DNA from: Lama glama
Lineage: Eukaryota
Length of the DNA stretch: 64,000 bases
NCBI GenBank assembly: GCA_028534125.1
Contig: CM052832.1
Span: forward strand, 13,456,001 to 13,520,000
Direction: 5' to 3'
A program made the translations under genes and the position numbers. Within the stretch, counting starts at the first letter, position 1. Each line of letters opens with the position of its first letter. This document shows, piece after piece, positions 50,754 to 64,000 of this stretch. The notes below the pieces were generated by a model. That model was not told the origin of the DNA. It did not search any database and was given only the letters and a program-made list of their open reading frames with translations.

Positions 50754-53700
50754 AGGGCAGGTGGACTTCGGGCACCAGGTATCAACAGGGCAGAGACTGA
50801 TTCTCCCATGAAGGCAGCTAGCTGTACAGGGCCTCCTCTCTCCTCCCAGGGCAGCAGGGAACCCCAGCAGGGTTTTACACTAATAGGATCACAGCTGGTG
50901 TCTCAGACCTCAAAGCTGCCCAGGGACCTGGAAGGGCTGAGAACCAGGAGGCCTCACATCCAGGACATTGTGGGGGCACTGTTCTTCAGGTAGGGCAGCC
51001 CTGGGCTGGGGGTCACAGGGCGTGAGGTCTCTCCCTGTCCTCCCCATTAGTACCTGCCCAGCTCAGGAGAGGAAGCTGGTCACTGAGCAAACATCCAGCC
51101 CAACTCCTTCAATTTACAGAAGAAAGCAGAGGTCCCTCACTGAACCTCAACTTTCTTCATCTGCAAAAGGGCCATGCTCATGAAAATATGCTGATGTATG
51201 AAATGGGAAAAAATGACTGTTTTGTCAGTCTTACTAATGATAATAATGACCTAACATTTACGTGCCTACTATGTGCCAGGCCTTGTGCCAAGGGTACTAC
51301 CTATATTTTATTTCATTCAACTCACCTACCAACCCTCTGAGGCTTAAAGATGGGGAAATGGAGGCAGAGGCTTACAGAGCTGGGATGTTTCCCCAGAACC
51401 CAGTGCTGTGACCTGTTTTCTTTTAGTGCCTCTGAATGTATTGAGCACTTCTTAGGCAGAGGTCATGGTCCTACCTCTCTGCCTTCATCATCATCACTGA
51501 ACAGTTCATTTCACCTGGCCCAACACCCTTGCCCTCAGTTTTCAGTCCTGGGGTTACTCTGTGACTGTGACTCAGTGAAGATCCCCCTGACCTCCCGACC
51601 CCCACCAGCTTCCTATGCTCCTATACCTGCATCTGCCATGTGACCATGGGCAGGTTGTTCAATCTCTCTGGAGCCTCATGTTTCTCATCGGCAAAATGGG
51701 GATGTGATTCCCGACCTGACCTCACAGGATTCCCAGAAAACTTCAAGAAGACAGGATTTGTGCAGTGCTTGGTGTATGCCAGCTGTGTAAGGAGCTAAGA
51801 AAACTCTGCAAACCCAAAGCTGCTCTAAAGCATGAAAATGCCTTTCCTATAGGTTCAGCTTCTCTTTTCAGCTCCCCAGCCCAGGGATGACCCGATGAGG
51901 GCAGAGCCTCTGCCCTTGCGACCCCCGGGAAACTGGGGGGGAAAGGGAAGAGAGTGCTTTCACTTCATTGAAAACCGAACCTAGATTCACATCTTCTTTT
52001 TTGGAAGGAGGAAATTACCTCTGCCTCTTGCCTCCAGCATGTCAGGAAACCAGCCCCCATCTAGCTGGGCCCAAGCTGGACTTGAGTCACTGCAGAGAGC
52101 CTGATAAGGATTCTAGGATTTGGAAACTCAAAGCTGTGACCACTCACAAGCAAGGAAGTCCTGACTTAGTCCCATCTGGGGCCCTTGACAATTTCACACC
52201 AGAAGGGCCAAGCAGGGACCTTGGCAAAAAGGTCCAGCAGGAAAATCCTTGGCCCCTAAAGTTTTCCCTGAGACTATCCCATCTCCTTGACTTTGCTCCA
52301 GGATGAACCACAGCTTTCCTCATCATCCCTGGCCCAGAACTACATAACTGGACTGGGAGGGACCGTTGAAATCAACTTGTCCAGCCTCTCCTCTTATAAA
52401 TAAGGCAGCTGAGGCCAGAGATGGGGAGTGACTTGCCCAAGGACATACAGCCCTGCTCCGCGTGCTGCCTCCTAATGTTGCCTCATTTATTCTTGTCTCG
52501 CATCTCACTCATGGGTCTAAGACACAAAGGTTTAAATGAGAGGATGGAGTCATAAGTCTCTTCTTCCAGTTATGATGTTGGCATTTGCCTGCTGGTGTGT
52601 TAATGGTTGCCAACAGCTGTGTATCCCAAAGATTATGTCTTTATCGAGGGGGCAGGGGGAGTTAAATCTCATCCAGCACTGGGACTGCTGGGGCCAGGAG
52701 TGGGCTGTGGGCTTGGATAGGGTCCACTACCTCAGATCCCAGACCCTTGGACTCTCCACTCAGCTCTGGGCTAAGCTATATCTCATTTCTCCAGGCACAT
52801 TAGGCCCTGGTCTGGGATGAACACCTGGGTACCAGGAATAAACGGATTTATTCAGCAATTCCTTCCATGAGCATTAACTGACTACCTGCTATGTACCTGG
52901 CATCAGGGGAGGCTCTGGGTTTATACCCACTTTTTACATAATTAGATTCCTGTAAAGTGTTGGGTCACTGAAAACAACATTTGTCAAAATAGACTTCCTC
53001 ACAAATAATTTTAAGAAGCAGGAAACAGAGTCCCACAGTTTGAAAAGTAGCCAGCCATGTCCTTTTTTTGCCAGATTACATTAATGTCAACAGTAAAGAG
53101 TTTATGGGGAATAAAGTGAGTATATTAACAAGTTCATGATGCAAGTCACTGTCTCCTGGTCAAGCCATTTACAGCATTAACCCATGGGCTCCATTATGTC
53201 CATCTTCTCCTTTATGAATTCTTGCCAACAAAGTCTTTTTCTCTTAAAAGGAAGCTCCAGATATAGCCCTCCCCCACCTCCCCCTGCTTTACTGAGATAT
53301 GATTGACATATAACACTGCATAAGTTTAAGGTTGTAACATTTAGCCCTTTCTTTAATCCTGGTGGCCCTGCCACGTCTCGAGCTCTTACTGCAGGAAGCC
53401 CGGGCTGATGCTGGTGACCCAGTGTCTTTCTCATGCAGGACCCTATTTGTGACAGCCTTCCTTGGCTTCTTCCTCTGGTTCCTCCCTATGATGTTAATTG
53501 ACATTTTCTACCCCAGTGTTCTCTTAAAAGTTTTGTAGAGACACACAGAAAACACAGAAACTTACAGAGCAAGATCCTGATGCCTCCAAGCCATCCAGCA
53601 TCTAATGGTGAATGTGAAGGTGGTCGAGGCTCAGAAGGAGCCTGTCCAATACTGGTGTCAGGTCCCCTCAGTCCCCTCCTCCGTGCTGGCTTGGCCACTC

Positions 53701-56700
53701 AGTACGACCTTTGAACTAAGTGGCTCCTGGGACAGCCCCAAGGTTCGGATGGCCAGTTTAAAGCGGGTTGTCCTGAAATCAGAATGTGCATGTTTAAAAA
53801 GTATTTTAATCATGATCCTAATTTTTAAAATTCCCTAACCCTTATAAGATAATTGCTCATATGGGGAAGGGTGGGGGAGGCATACAAAGCAGAGCTAGGC
53901 CCTGCCCTTGGGAAGCTCACACATCAGCAGGGAAAGCAGAAGTAGCTGAGCAGACGCTGTCACAGTGCCCAGGGAGAGGTGAACGCAAGGTGGATGTGGG
54001 GAAAAAAGTGGCTCTGGTGAATTCTGCTTGGGAAGGGCCAGGGAGGGTGTCCCTAACAAGGATCACACAGGCTTCTGCTGTTTTTCTCCTTCCCTTTTGT
54101 AGGAGTGAGGTCTGGAGGTACAGCAGCGTGGAGGGCCTTCTCATCATGAGAGGTCAGGGAGAACTCGAGGTGCAGGGGAAACAGAAGCAAGGCTGACTGC
54201 AGAGGCCCATCCCTGAGGGAGGAAAAAGGGGTCCCCTGAGGTTCGTGCTTGGGTTAGCCTGGCTCACTCACACAGGGAAGCCGACCAGGCTTGGGGCTGA
54301 GACCCTGAGAAGGTGAGGAGGGAGCCTTTAGGGAGAGGGAGGGGTCATCCTGTGTCTGACCCACGAGGAATGGCAGGGAGAAACTCTCAACAGCACCACC
54401 TACACATTACCTACTTCATGAGGCAACTGATGCCGTGAGGAAAGCAACCCCATTGTTTGAAGCCAGTCCACAGGGAGCCTCCAATTGTTCACCCAACAGA
54501 CTTTACTGAGAAGTGCGCGGTTCCCTGCCCTGTGCTGGGGGCTTCCCTGTAACGTGTCACAGGAGCCTGGCTGGCCTCTGATGCCCAGATCTAGGCTTAG
54601 GATGGACCATTGATTAAAACTGTGCTCTTTTCTCAGAAATGAAGTGAAACCAGAAGGAGAAACGGTGAGAGGAGCAGCTGGCCCAGAACAGGGGCACGTT
54701 CCCCTCAGGGACAGCTGAACCCTGGGATTCACTGTCCAGAGCAGAGTCTTGGGTGGGAGCCGGGGCCCATTTCAGAGTTGTAGGAGGGCCGAGCAGAATC
54801 CAACGCTCACTTCAGATGGGGCTGCGCTGGCCCACTGAACTCTCAAATGCCTTTGTTTTGCTCAAATTAAATGTACTCTGTGTGGTAAGGCTAACACATG
54901 AAGCTCATTATGACATCTACCAGCAGTTACAAAGGTCTTTGATGATAATAAATGATACAGTATGACAATAATAGTACAATAAATATAATGAAAATATGCA
55001 CTTTGATAGACAAAACCTTTCTGAATTTGATACCCATGGAGCAAAAACATAGAGGTTTTTTGGGGGGGTGTTGTTTGTTTGGTGGTTTCATCGAGACTTA
55101 TGCAGATTTGAACTCAATTGGGAAATTTTACACCTGGGCAAAGGCAATTCAAGGTTACTCCCAAATACAAATAAGAGTGAACAAATGAACCTCCTCCTTC
55201 CCTCCCTCAGGTAGTTTCCCAGGTTATTATCCCAAGAATCTAGAATAAAGTTTGGGAAGGATGTGTTCCCTCCAATCCCAGAGACATGCCTCAGCCTGAG
55301 TCCTGTTAATAAGTCTTCCCTGTAATGGTGACTTCTCTGATGAGTGCAGGGGTGCCTCTGAGTTCTCACAAACTCTGTGGTGCTCATGAAACTGTCAGAA
55401 ACTCTATCCTAGCTTCATTGCCTAGGATTCTGGGGACACAGCTGCAGGCTTCTATCCTTGGAAGGGTCTGCAGTTTAAAACCATACCCACCAGGTGGCGC
55501 AAAGCCTCTTGTGTTGGTGATGGGACCACTACGCTGACAGCGTCTGTGCTGTGATGGAGAATGCCTGCTCCTCCTACTAAGATGTGAGAAAAACTTCCCA
55601 ACTCAGGCATGCTCTGTAAGTAGACATCCAGCCCCTGCTTGAACACCTCCAGTGATGGGGAGCTCACTATCTTTTGGGGCAGAGTTAGTAGCTGGAGTGG
55701 GGGTGAAATTGAGGGCACCAAAAAGCTGCCTGTTCAGTGATTATCACCCTTACTCTCCCAACCAACAGGACAACGGTTTCTGAAGTTTCTATCTTCCCAG
55801 TCTCTTTGTTGGGAATAACTTATTTCCTTTTCTTATCACTTTACTCCTGAGTAGTTTATCAACTTTCTGAGCAGAGGCCCAGATGAGGCCTTTCTGGGAT
55901 ATGGGCCAGGGGTGTGTCAAAAGCCTCTCTACCCTCACTTTACACACCCAGCCCCTGACTATGAATCAAAAGGATTAAGGCTCCCTCAGTTCCTAGTGGC
56001 TTTAGTGAAGTCAGCCTTCTGGGCCTAAGTTTCCACATCTGTGAAATAAGTAACAGCATGCTCCCTCCTGCTTACCACATTAAGTTGTTAAGAAGTTTCA
56101 AATGAAATAATGTATTCATTTATTTAACAAGTATTTATTAAGCACCTGTGATACTCCAGGCACTGTTCTAGAAACTGGGGAAACAGCAGTAAGCAGATAA
56201 GTAAGTGATAAATACAGCATTTCCTGTCAGGTGCTGATAAGCACCTAGAAGGAAAATAAAATACAGCCAAGTGAAGGGGTCTGATTTTAAACTGAGCTGC
56301 CAGAGATGTGAAAAGCACGTGAAAGCAGGAGTAAATCATCTTCACCTACATCAACTTTTCGCCTGTCATCTGCCTGTCCCCCTTCTCTTTGGCCTGTGGT
56401 TTCTACCATGAAACTCACACCCGAGACAGCCAGTGCTGTTAGTTTCTGTTATGTGCAACCTAATGCAATCCTAATGGGTATGAATAATGAAGACAGGAGC
56501 CCAGGAGGAGACCACGTAGCCCAGAGCTATCCCTCTCTGTCCGGCTCCTTTGCCTGTGGGGGAGCCACAAGCTAAGACCAATGAGATCACAAAGTCTCCT
56601 GGACAGACCTCACGGCTCCAGGTTAGGCCCATTTAAACATCCAAACTCAAGGAAGCCCTGTGTATCATCCACAGTGCTCTGGCTAGAAAGCCCCGGGGTT

Positions 56701-56819
56701 CTAAATATGGCTCTTGATATCCCAGAAATTCGATTAGGAAGGGATTTCCCCTCAGTCAGATGATCACCCACTCCAGCCAGTGACATACTCAGGTTATCAA
56801 CCCATATATCAACCACAGT

Positions 56820-58010
56820 ATAGAAAAAAAATTTTTTTTGTGATGAGACTGTCAGGATTTACTCTCTTAATGGCTTTCATATGTAACATACAGCAGTGTT
56901 CATTATATTTATCATGTTGTACAGTACCTAGTACTTACTTATCTTATAACTGAATGTACTTTTTACTACCTACTTCCAATTCTTCCCCCCACCCCCAACA
57001 CTCTTCCTTTGGTAACCACAAATCTGATCTCTTTTTCCATGGGTTTGTTTGTTTGTTTTTGAAGACTAAGTGACTGACAAAATTATGTTAGTTCCTGGCA
57101 CACAACATAGTGATTTGATATTTCTATACTTTTTGAAATGATCACCACAATGTCTAGTTACCATCTGTCACCATACAAAGACATTATGTAATTATTGACT
57201 ATATTCCTCACACTGTACATTTCATACCCATGACTCATTTATTTTGTAACTGCAAGGTTTCTACCTCTTAATGTCTCTCAACTATTTCTCTCTTCCTCCC
57301 CCCCTCCCCTCAGGCAACCACCTGTTTGTTTTCTGTATCTATGATTCTGTTTCTGCTTAGTTATGTTTATTCATTTGTTTTGGTTTTTAGATTCCACACA
57401 TAAGTGAAATCATATAGTATTTGCCTTTTCCTGACTGACTCAATTCACTCAGCACAATACCCTCTAGGTCCATCCATGTTGTTGCAAATGGCAAGATTTC
57501 ATTCTTTTTTATGGCTGAGTAACATTCCTCTGTGTGTGTGTGTGTGTGTGTGTTTGTATCACATCTTCTTTATCCATTCTATTGATGGGCACTTAGGTTG
57601 TGTCCATATCTTGGCTACTGTAAATAATGAATATCTTTTTCCATTCCTCGTTGTCAATCTGTGTGTCTTTAGGTCTAAAGTGAGTCTGTTACAGGCAGTA
57701 TATGGGTCTTGTTTTGTATCCATTCAGCCACTCTCTGTCTTTTGATTGAAAAATTGAGTCCATTTACGTAAAGTAATTGTTGACAGGCGTATACTTATTG
57801 CCATTTTAAAAACTATATTTGGGTTGTTTCTGTTCTTTTTTGTTCTTTCTTCTTCTTTTGCTCTCTTCCCATGTGATTTGATGACTATCCTTAGTATTAT
57901 GTTTGAATTCCTTTCTCTTTGTGTGTGTGTATCTATTATAGGTTTCTGGTTTGTGGTTACCATGAGGTTTATATATAACTACATATATAACTATATACAT
58001 ATATATAATA
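56820..58010 (-). mobile_element. L1 fragments (3' UTR-like, then a different L1 segment)
   Basis: ttagattccacacataagtgaaatcatatagtattt; ggtccatccatgttgttgcaaatggc. Confidence 0.85.
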
Positions 58011-58064
58011 TATATAAATTAAAAACTGCACAGTCCATGGCCTGCTCTGTATCTTCTAACATCC

Positions 58065-58462
58065 TCTTACAGATTAAATTGTATCCCCCAAATTCCTATG
58101 TTGAAACTCTGACCTCCAATACTTCAGAATGTGACTATGTTTGGAGATAAGGTCTTCAAAGAGGTAATTAAGTTAAAAGAAGGTCATTAGGGTGGGCCCT
58201 AATTCAATCAGAGACTGCTGTGTTATAAAAAGTGGAGATCAGGACACAGAGAGACATCGGGGGTGTGTACGTACGCAGAATAAAGACCACGTGAGGACAT
58301 GATGAGAAGGCAGCTGTCTGCAAGCCAAGAAGACAGACCTCAGAAAAAATAAACTCTGCTGGCACCTTCAACAGCCCCAGAACTGTGGGAAAGTAAGTAT
58401 CTGTTGTTTAAGCCGCCTGGTCTGTGGTGCTTTGTTATGGTAGCCCGAGCAAACCACTACAT
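58065..58462 (+). mobile_element. MLT1 (MaLR) LTR
   Basis: cccccaaattcctatgttgaa...ttgttatggtagcccgagcaaacc. Confidence 0.8.
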
Positions 58463-59032
58463 GTCCTGTCCTGGGTTCTAGCCCTTTAAGCCTTCGTGTT
58501 ATGGCTCAGTACTTTGATAAATTAGCGTGTGATGATGTTTTAATGCAGGTGATGGAATCCCTCAAATTTCCCTCAATAATGTATCTGAACTTGAAACATG
58601 AATCTGCAATGCCTAATCCCTAAACGGGATTGGCAGTGAGGTAATACAGATATCAGCCCAGCACCCCTCTTGCCATCCTTCTGTTGATAACTGATTTTGC
58701 CTCTGGGAGCGGCTCTCCTACTCCATCAAAGCCTCCTGCTCCTGGTGATGCGGGAGAGCCCTCTAACCTAGGCAGGGCCATTGAGAGACACTCATTTCCC
58801 TGACCACAGTGATAGGGCCAGAGATGGCACATGACCCAGGAAACGCCAATCAGAGATCTTCCCTGGATTTTTCTAACTGGAGCTGGCAGGGAAGTTATCC
58901 CCAAACTGGTGGTGGCCATGCCCTCTGCCCTGAAGGGATGCCAGGGAAGCAAGAAGGTGATGTAGGGTCCTGACAGGGTCTGTCCTGTCCAATCGGTGGG
59001 ATTTCTGAGCTATTTTGTTCCCTGTGGATTTT

Positions 59033-59086
59033 ATACACGCACACACACGCACGCGCGTGTGCGCACACACACACACACACACACAC
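59033..59086. repeat. Mixed (CA)/(CG)/(TG) alternating purine-pyrimidine tract
   Basis: atacacgcacacacacgcacgcgcgtgtgcgcacacac... Confidence 0.9.
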
Positions 59087-59478
59087 CATGGAATATTACT
59101 TAGCCTTAAAAAAGAATAAAATCATGTCATTTGCAGCAACATGGATGGACCTGGAGATTGTCCTTCTAAGTGAAGTAAGCCAGAAAGAGAGGGAGGGTGA
59201 CTGAAGAGAGAAAGAGTACAGACACTCAACCTCCCACTAGTGCCGCCAGGGCTGTGGGTTGGAATGTAGGAGACAAATTGGATAAGTTATTAACATCACA
59301 TTCTGTTGCCACAACTTTTCTCCCTTACTCTCGAGAAGGGACTGGGAGCTGCTCTGCACTCACATTAGATGAGCACCAAAATCAGCCCAGGCTCCCCTTG
59401 GCTTGCTGGTCATTCTGCATTCAATAAACAGCAGCAGCTGGTTGATCAGGACCAACATTTCAGAGAGGTGGAATGTTT

Positions 59479-60218
59479 CTTTTTTGTTTTAATTTTATTT
59501 TATTGAGTTATAGTCAGTTTACAATGTTGTGTCAATTTCCAATGTAAAGCACAATTTTTCAGTTATACATGAACATATACTATATATTCACTGTCACATT
59601 CTTTTTCACCATGAGCTACCACAAGATCTTGTATATATTTCCCTGTGCTATATGGTATAATCTTGTTTATCTATTCTATATATACCTGTCAGTATCTACA
59701 AATTTCAAACTCTCAGTCTGTCCCTTCCCACCCCTCTCCCCACTGGCAACCACAAGTTTGTATTCTATGTCTATGAGTCTGTTTCTGTTTTGTATTTATG
59801 TTCATTTGTCTTTTTCTGTTCTTTCTTTTGTTTTTAGATTCCACACATGAGTGATCTCATATGGTATTTTTCTTTCTCTTTCTGGCTTACTTCACTTAGA
59901 ATGACATTCTCCAGGGACATCCATGTTGCTGCAAATGGTGTTATGTTGTCGGTTTTTATGGCTGAATAGTATTCCATTGTATAAATATACCACAGCGTCT
60001 TTATCCAGTCACCTGTCGATGGACATTTAGGCTCTTTCCATGTCTTGGCTATTTAAATAGTGCTGCTATGAACATTGGGGTGCAAGTGTCTTTTTGAAGT
60101 AGGGTTCCCTCTGGATATATGCCCAGGAGTGGGATTACTGGGTCATATGGTAAGTCTATTCCTAGTCTTTTGAGGAATCTCCATACTGTTTTCCACAGTG
60201 GCTGCACCAAACTGCACA
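59479..60218 (-). mobile_element. 5'-truncated younger L1 with TSD GAATGTTT
   Basis: T-rich tail at left, L1 3' sequence, GAATGTTT at 59471-59478 and 60219-60226. Confidence 0.85.
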
Positions 60219-62088
60219 GAATGTTTTCTGTTCATCAACGTTTGATTCTTGTGGAATAACAAATGGTTTTTACTTCATTCTTTGCATTTTTTTATGTATT
60301 TTTCAAATTTCCTACAGGGACGAGATATCTGATTAAAGGGCTATTAGGAAAACCATAATAAGCATGATTCACGACTACATTGCCCTTTGTCTAGCCTTTT
60401 CTCTTTCGTATCTCACATGGCTCCGTCAAGGTAAGTATTTGTGAGCTGTATCAGTCAGGGCTCAATTGAAGGAAAACAGAAACTACGTCAGCTAATTTTA
60501 GCAGAAAAGGAACCAAGGGCTTACAAAGTCATTCAAAGGGTTGGAGGAGTGGGTTCCAGGTGGGACCTCTAGGAATGTTCCAGAACACCACCACCAGCCA
60601 GCAAGGGGGCCACCCTTGCTCTATGAAGGGGGTATCCACATGCTGGGACCCTGCTGATAAAAAAATACACAGCTTCTCTTAACCTTCCATGTTCCAGCAG
60701 TAGCTGGATCCACAGAAAGTTGCCCCCTGCTCACTTGCTCCTTCCAAATCACAGGCCAGAGCATGTAATTGTCAGATCTGAACTCACACTGGAAACTCAA
60801 GCTGCAAAAGAGCCTGGGAAACACACTTTTCGGCTTTCTAGCCTGTGAAGTAGAGGAAGAGACACTCGGAGGAGGTTGAGAAGAATATGAATGGGTTCAG
60901 TCCATCAAGATCATCAAGATTTTAATATTTAATAAAGTTTAAATAAATTTAACATTTAATACATTAAATTAACATTTAACTTGGTTCAATACCTATTTGA
61001 GCTAAACAACTGATGGTGCTTTTTGGTTTTTTTTGTATTGGCACTGTGAAATGACTTTTCCCCCGTCTGTGAAGTATACAAATTTACCCCTGAAGCCCTG
61101 TCTGTGACACACACCCTTGAAATCTGGAGAAGTGGTTTCCTTTAAGAAGTTCTCATATCTGACTCTGAGTATTTTGCGTTTAGGTGATGCTGAAGTGAAT
61201 AACTGCTTTCTCTACAGGAAGTGAGAAACTCCTGTGTGTTACTGGAGGCAAGAGTTTCCGAGTATTCTCTTGAGCATAATGAGCACGTCCTGGAGGAAAC
61301 AATATAACTTGATTAGTCGATTTTTTTTTCAATTAAAGAACCAGCTGCTCAAGAACAAACTCAGATGCCAAGAAGCATTTGAGAAGATGCTTAGTGTCAC
61401 TAATAATAACTGAACAAAGGCAAATTAAAACGAAAGTGGCTCATCCGATGGACAGCAATGAACAGGTTCAGTGGTGTCGTGAGTGAGAAGATGCAGCTGT
61501 TCTCACAGACCACAGCTGGAGGTGTGAAGGGGTACAAAGTTCTGGAAGGGAATTTGTCAGGTTGACCAAAGATTTAAATGTGTCTCCTTTGTGACCTAAC
61601 CATTCTACTTCTTAAGAATATATCTTTCAGAAATGTCCTCACATAACACAAAAATATATTTAGAGAGATTCTCTGAAGCACTGGGTCCTCATCCTCTCCC
61701 CTCCCCTCCCTGCCTGCCTAAGTTGAGGTGGGGGGATTGAGAGTTCCACTCTAACTTTTCAAAGTCAGGGAGAAAGGTCATCTGCAGAAGGCTAAGGAGC
61801 CAGTGTGGGTAAAATGCAATTTTCTTCATGTCACCTTGTGTGGGAAATACTAAAACGTTGCATAACACCCCTCTATACTACTGACTGTCTCTTGGAGTTC
61901 TGAACCCTTTCACACACTAAATTAAAAAAAAAAAAAAAAGAATCTGGGGCTTGAAAGGGAGAAGGGAGACTTTGCTCTTTGGCCAAAACCTCCCTTAAGA
62001 CAATGTTGTGGAATCACTGCCACAAGAATGTTTTTTTAAAAAAGAAGCAAGTTGTGGAATAGTATATATTGAATGCTCCCATCTGTGA

Positions 62089-62128
62089 AAATAATAATCA
62101 TAATAATCATAATAATCATAATAATAAA
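62089..62128. repeat. (AATAATCAT)n short tandem repeat
   Basis: Direct reading. Confidence 0.9.
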
Positions 62129-63029
62129 AATGATGCTAAGCTATTTCCTATTAAAAGTATCCCAGAAGAACATATTCAAAACATGACTCTCTCCCATGTG
62201 TGGGGGAGTTACGGGGTCCCTAGTGTTTCAGCTAATAAACAGACATGCATTACTGCAGCAATGTGGTAGCTCTGCTCCCAGCAAAGTTGGCCCAAGAGGC
62301 TTGCCTACCTGTCAATAAAGCTCTCGTTTGGTAAGATAAGACCTTCCAAATCTGTCCTGGACAGCTCATTTTCTGGTTTCCTAGGGGAAGTGGAGTGATC
62401 TTACTTATCAAGTAACCGAGAGCACAGTCACCTGCTAACGCAAAAGGCCACCTCTTCCCTGAAACATGGCTCCTTCCAGGTTGGGCCCTAGTGCCTGAAA
62501 TCTCCCCATCTGATCCTGGGGAATTTCAGGACCGTCAGAAGGGCCCGGCCCTCAGGTTTCACCGTGCGGGCAACCTCTGCAGGTAGAAACCTGGTCTACT
62601 TTGGACTTCAATGGAAAGTCAGCGCTGACTAAGAATGAAAGTCACTAAGGGCAGAAAAAGTGAGGAACACTAGCGATCAAACGTGCCTTCAGTTCCCTTG
62701 ATACTGGCTTCACATTTTTTTACTTCAAGAAGAATTATTTTCTCTTTTATTTCATTTTATTTACTTACTTTTTAGGGCCATGAAGGGAACATTCTGAAAT
62801 GACAGGATGGTACTGTCATCTGTCTGGCACACACCCCTTCTGCTGGACAATCAGGCAATTAAAGTGAATGCTCCCGAGTGCTTCCTCCACCAGGAAGGGG
62901 AATATCCCAGTGGGTTCCTGACTCAGAGGAGACAGGCAGCTGAATCATGAGACTGGGTTACAGTAAGCTGGGTGGGGGTACCAGGACCTGGAGACCCAGA
63001 CTGCTGAATGGCTGTGTGTGAAAGAGTAT

Positions 63030-63682
63030 GTATTAGTTCCCTGTAGCTACCCTAAGAAATTGCCACAAATTCGGGGGCTTAAAAAGACAGAAATGTACTC
63101 TTTCACAGGAGGCCAGATGTCCAAAATCAAGATTTCAACAGGGTTGGTTTCCTCTGGAAGCTCTGAGGAAGAATTCATTCCAGGCCTTTCTTCTAGATTT
63201 TTAAAAAATATTTATTTAATCCATATCTCTTCAAGTTTTGTGTGTGTGTGTGTTGGGGGAGAGAGGTAATTAGGTTTTTATTCATTTATTTTAATCGAAG
63301 TACTGGGGATTGAACCCAGGGCCTTGTGCACGCTAAGCACATGCTCTACCACTGAGCTCTGTACCCTCTTCTCCTTTCTCCTAGATTCTAGTGGTTAATC
63401 CTTGGCATCCCTTGGTTTGCAGATGCTTCACATCAATCTCTGCCTCCATCTTTACATGGCCATCTTCCCTCTGTGTGTCTCTCACAATCTCCTTATGCCT
63501 TTCTTTTATAAAAACATCTGTCTTTGGATTTAGGGTCCACTCTAAACTTAGGATGATCTCATTTTAAGATTCTTAACTTAATTATATCAGCAAAGACTTT
63601 TTCTGAATAAGGTCACATTCAGAGATTCCAGGGTTTAGGACTTGGACTTACCCTTCTAGGAGTCATTGCTCAACCCACTACA
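63030..63682 (-). mobile_element. MLT1 LTR interrupted by a SINE
   Basis: gtattagttccctgtagct...ttgctcaacccactaca. Confidence 0.8.
63200..63372 (-). mobile_element. tRNA-derived SINE (camelid Vic-1-like) with 15-bp TSD
   Basis: ggggattgaacccagg...gctctaccactgagct; TSD CCTTTCTTCTAGATT (63185-63199) and CCTTTCTCCTAGATT (63373-63387). Confidence 0.85.
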
Positions 63683-64000
63683 TAGAGGGACCCACTGAGA
63701 CCAAGGGCAGTTGCTGCTCTCATTGTCCTTGAGCTACAGCAGTTATTTACAGCATGTTGCAAATTTCTCTTTGCCTAATAATTTGCATAATCTCCTATCT
63801 GTAAAAGAGGTCCCAGTTCCTAGAGACTAAAACTGCATCCTTTCATCAAATTCAGACATGGCAGGAAGATGGGTGTAATGAAGCGCATTTGCAGAAGTAA
63901 CAGGGATGCTGAATGGAGTAAGAAATAGACACTTTGGGGCACGTGGCCACCTCCAAGGAACAGGGCCTTCTCGAATCTCCTCTCCCCTCCTCTGCTCCCC

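Noticed and set aside
52837..52842. AATAAA as ETV7 polyA signal
   Set aside because: About 2.1 kb after the stop with other candidates nearby (e.g. ~53110); cannot assign without 3'-end data.
51000..64000. BNIP5 (C6orf222) exons expected downstream by synteny
   Set aside because: No coding exon recognised; probably beyond the window edge.
1..64000. CRISPR arrays or prokaryotic operons
   Set aside because: Sequence is mammalian with spliced genes; no regular repeat-spacer structure seen.

Overview
Mammalian genomic DNA, probably camelid (two tRNA-derived SINEs resemble the camelid Vic-1 family), covering the KCTD20-PXT1-ETV7 locus, with one 100-N gap. On the - strand, a CpG-island promoter and non-coding first exon (~7169-7330) are assigned to KCTD20 by synteny only. 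On the + strand are the three coding exons of PXT1 (135 aa, BH3-like motif) and the complete 8-exon ETV7/TEL2 gene (341 aa, PNT/SAM and ETS domains), all with GT-AG junctions and consistent phases. The rest is intronic or intergenic sequence rich in old repeats plus a few younger insertions with target-site duplications (TSDs). I see no clearly new biological system. The best leads are regulatory: an extra CpG island inside PXT1 with a perfect IRF element, an adjacent IRF+GAS pair at the ETV7 promoter, a solo LTR just upstream of ETV7, a possible in-frame PXT1-ETV7 read-through, and a candidate cassette exon in KCTD20 intron 1. Gene and repeat names come from recall, not database searches.
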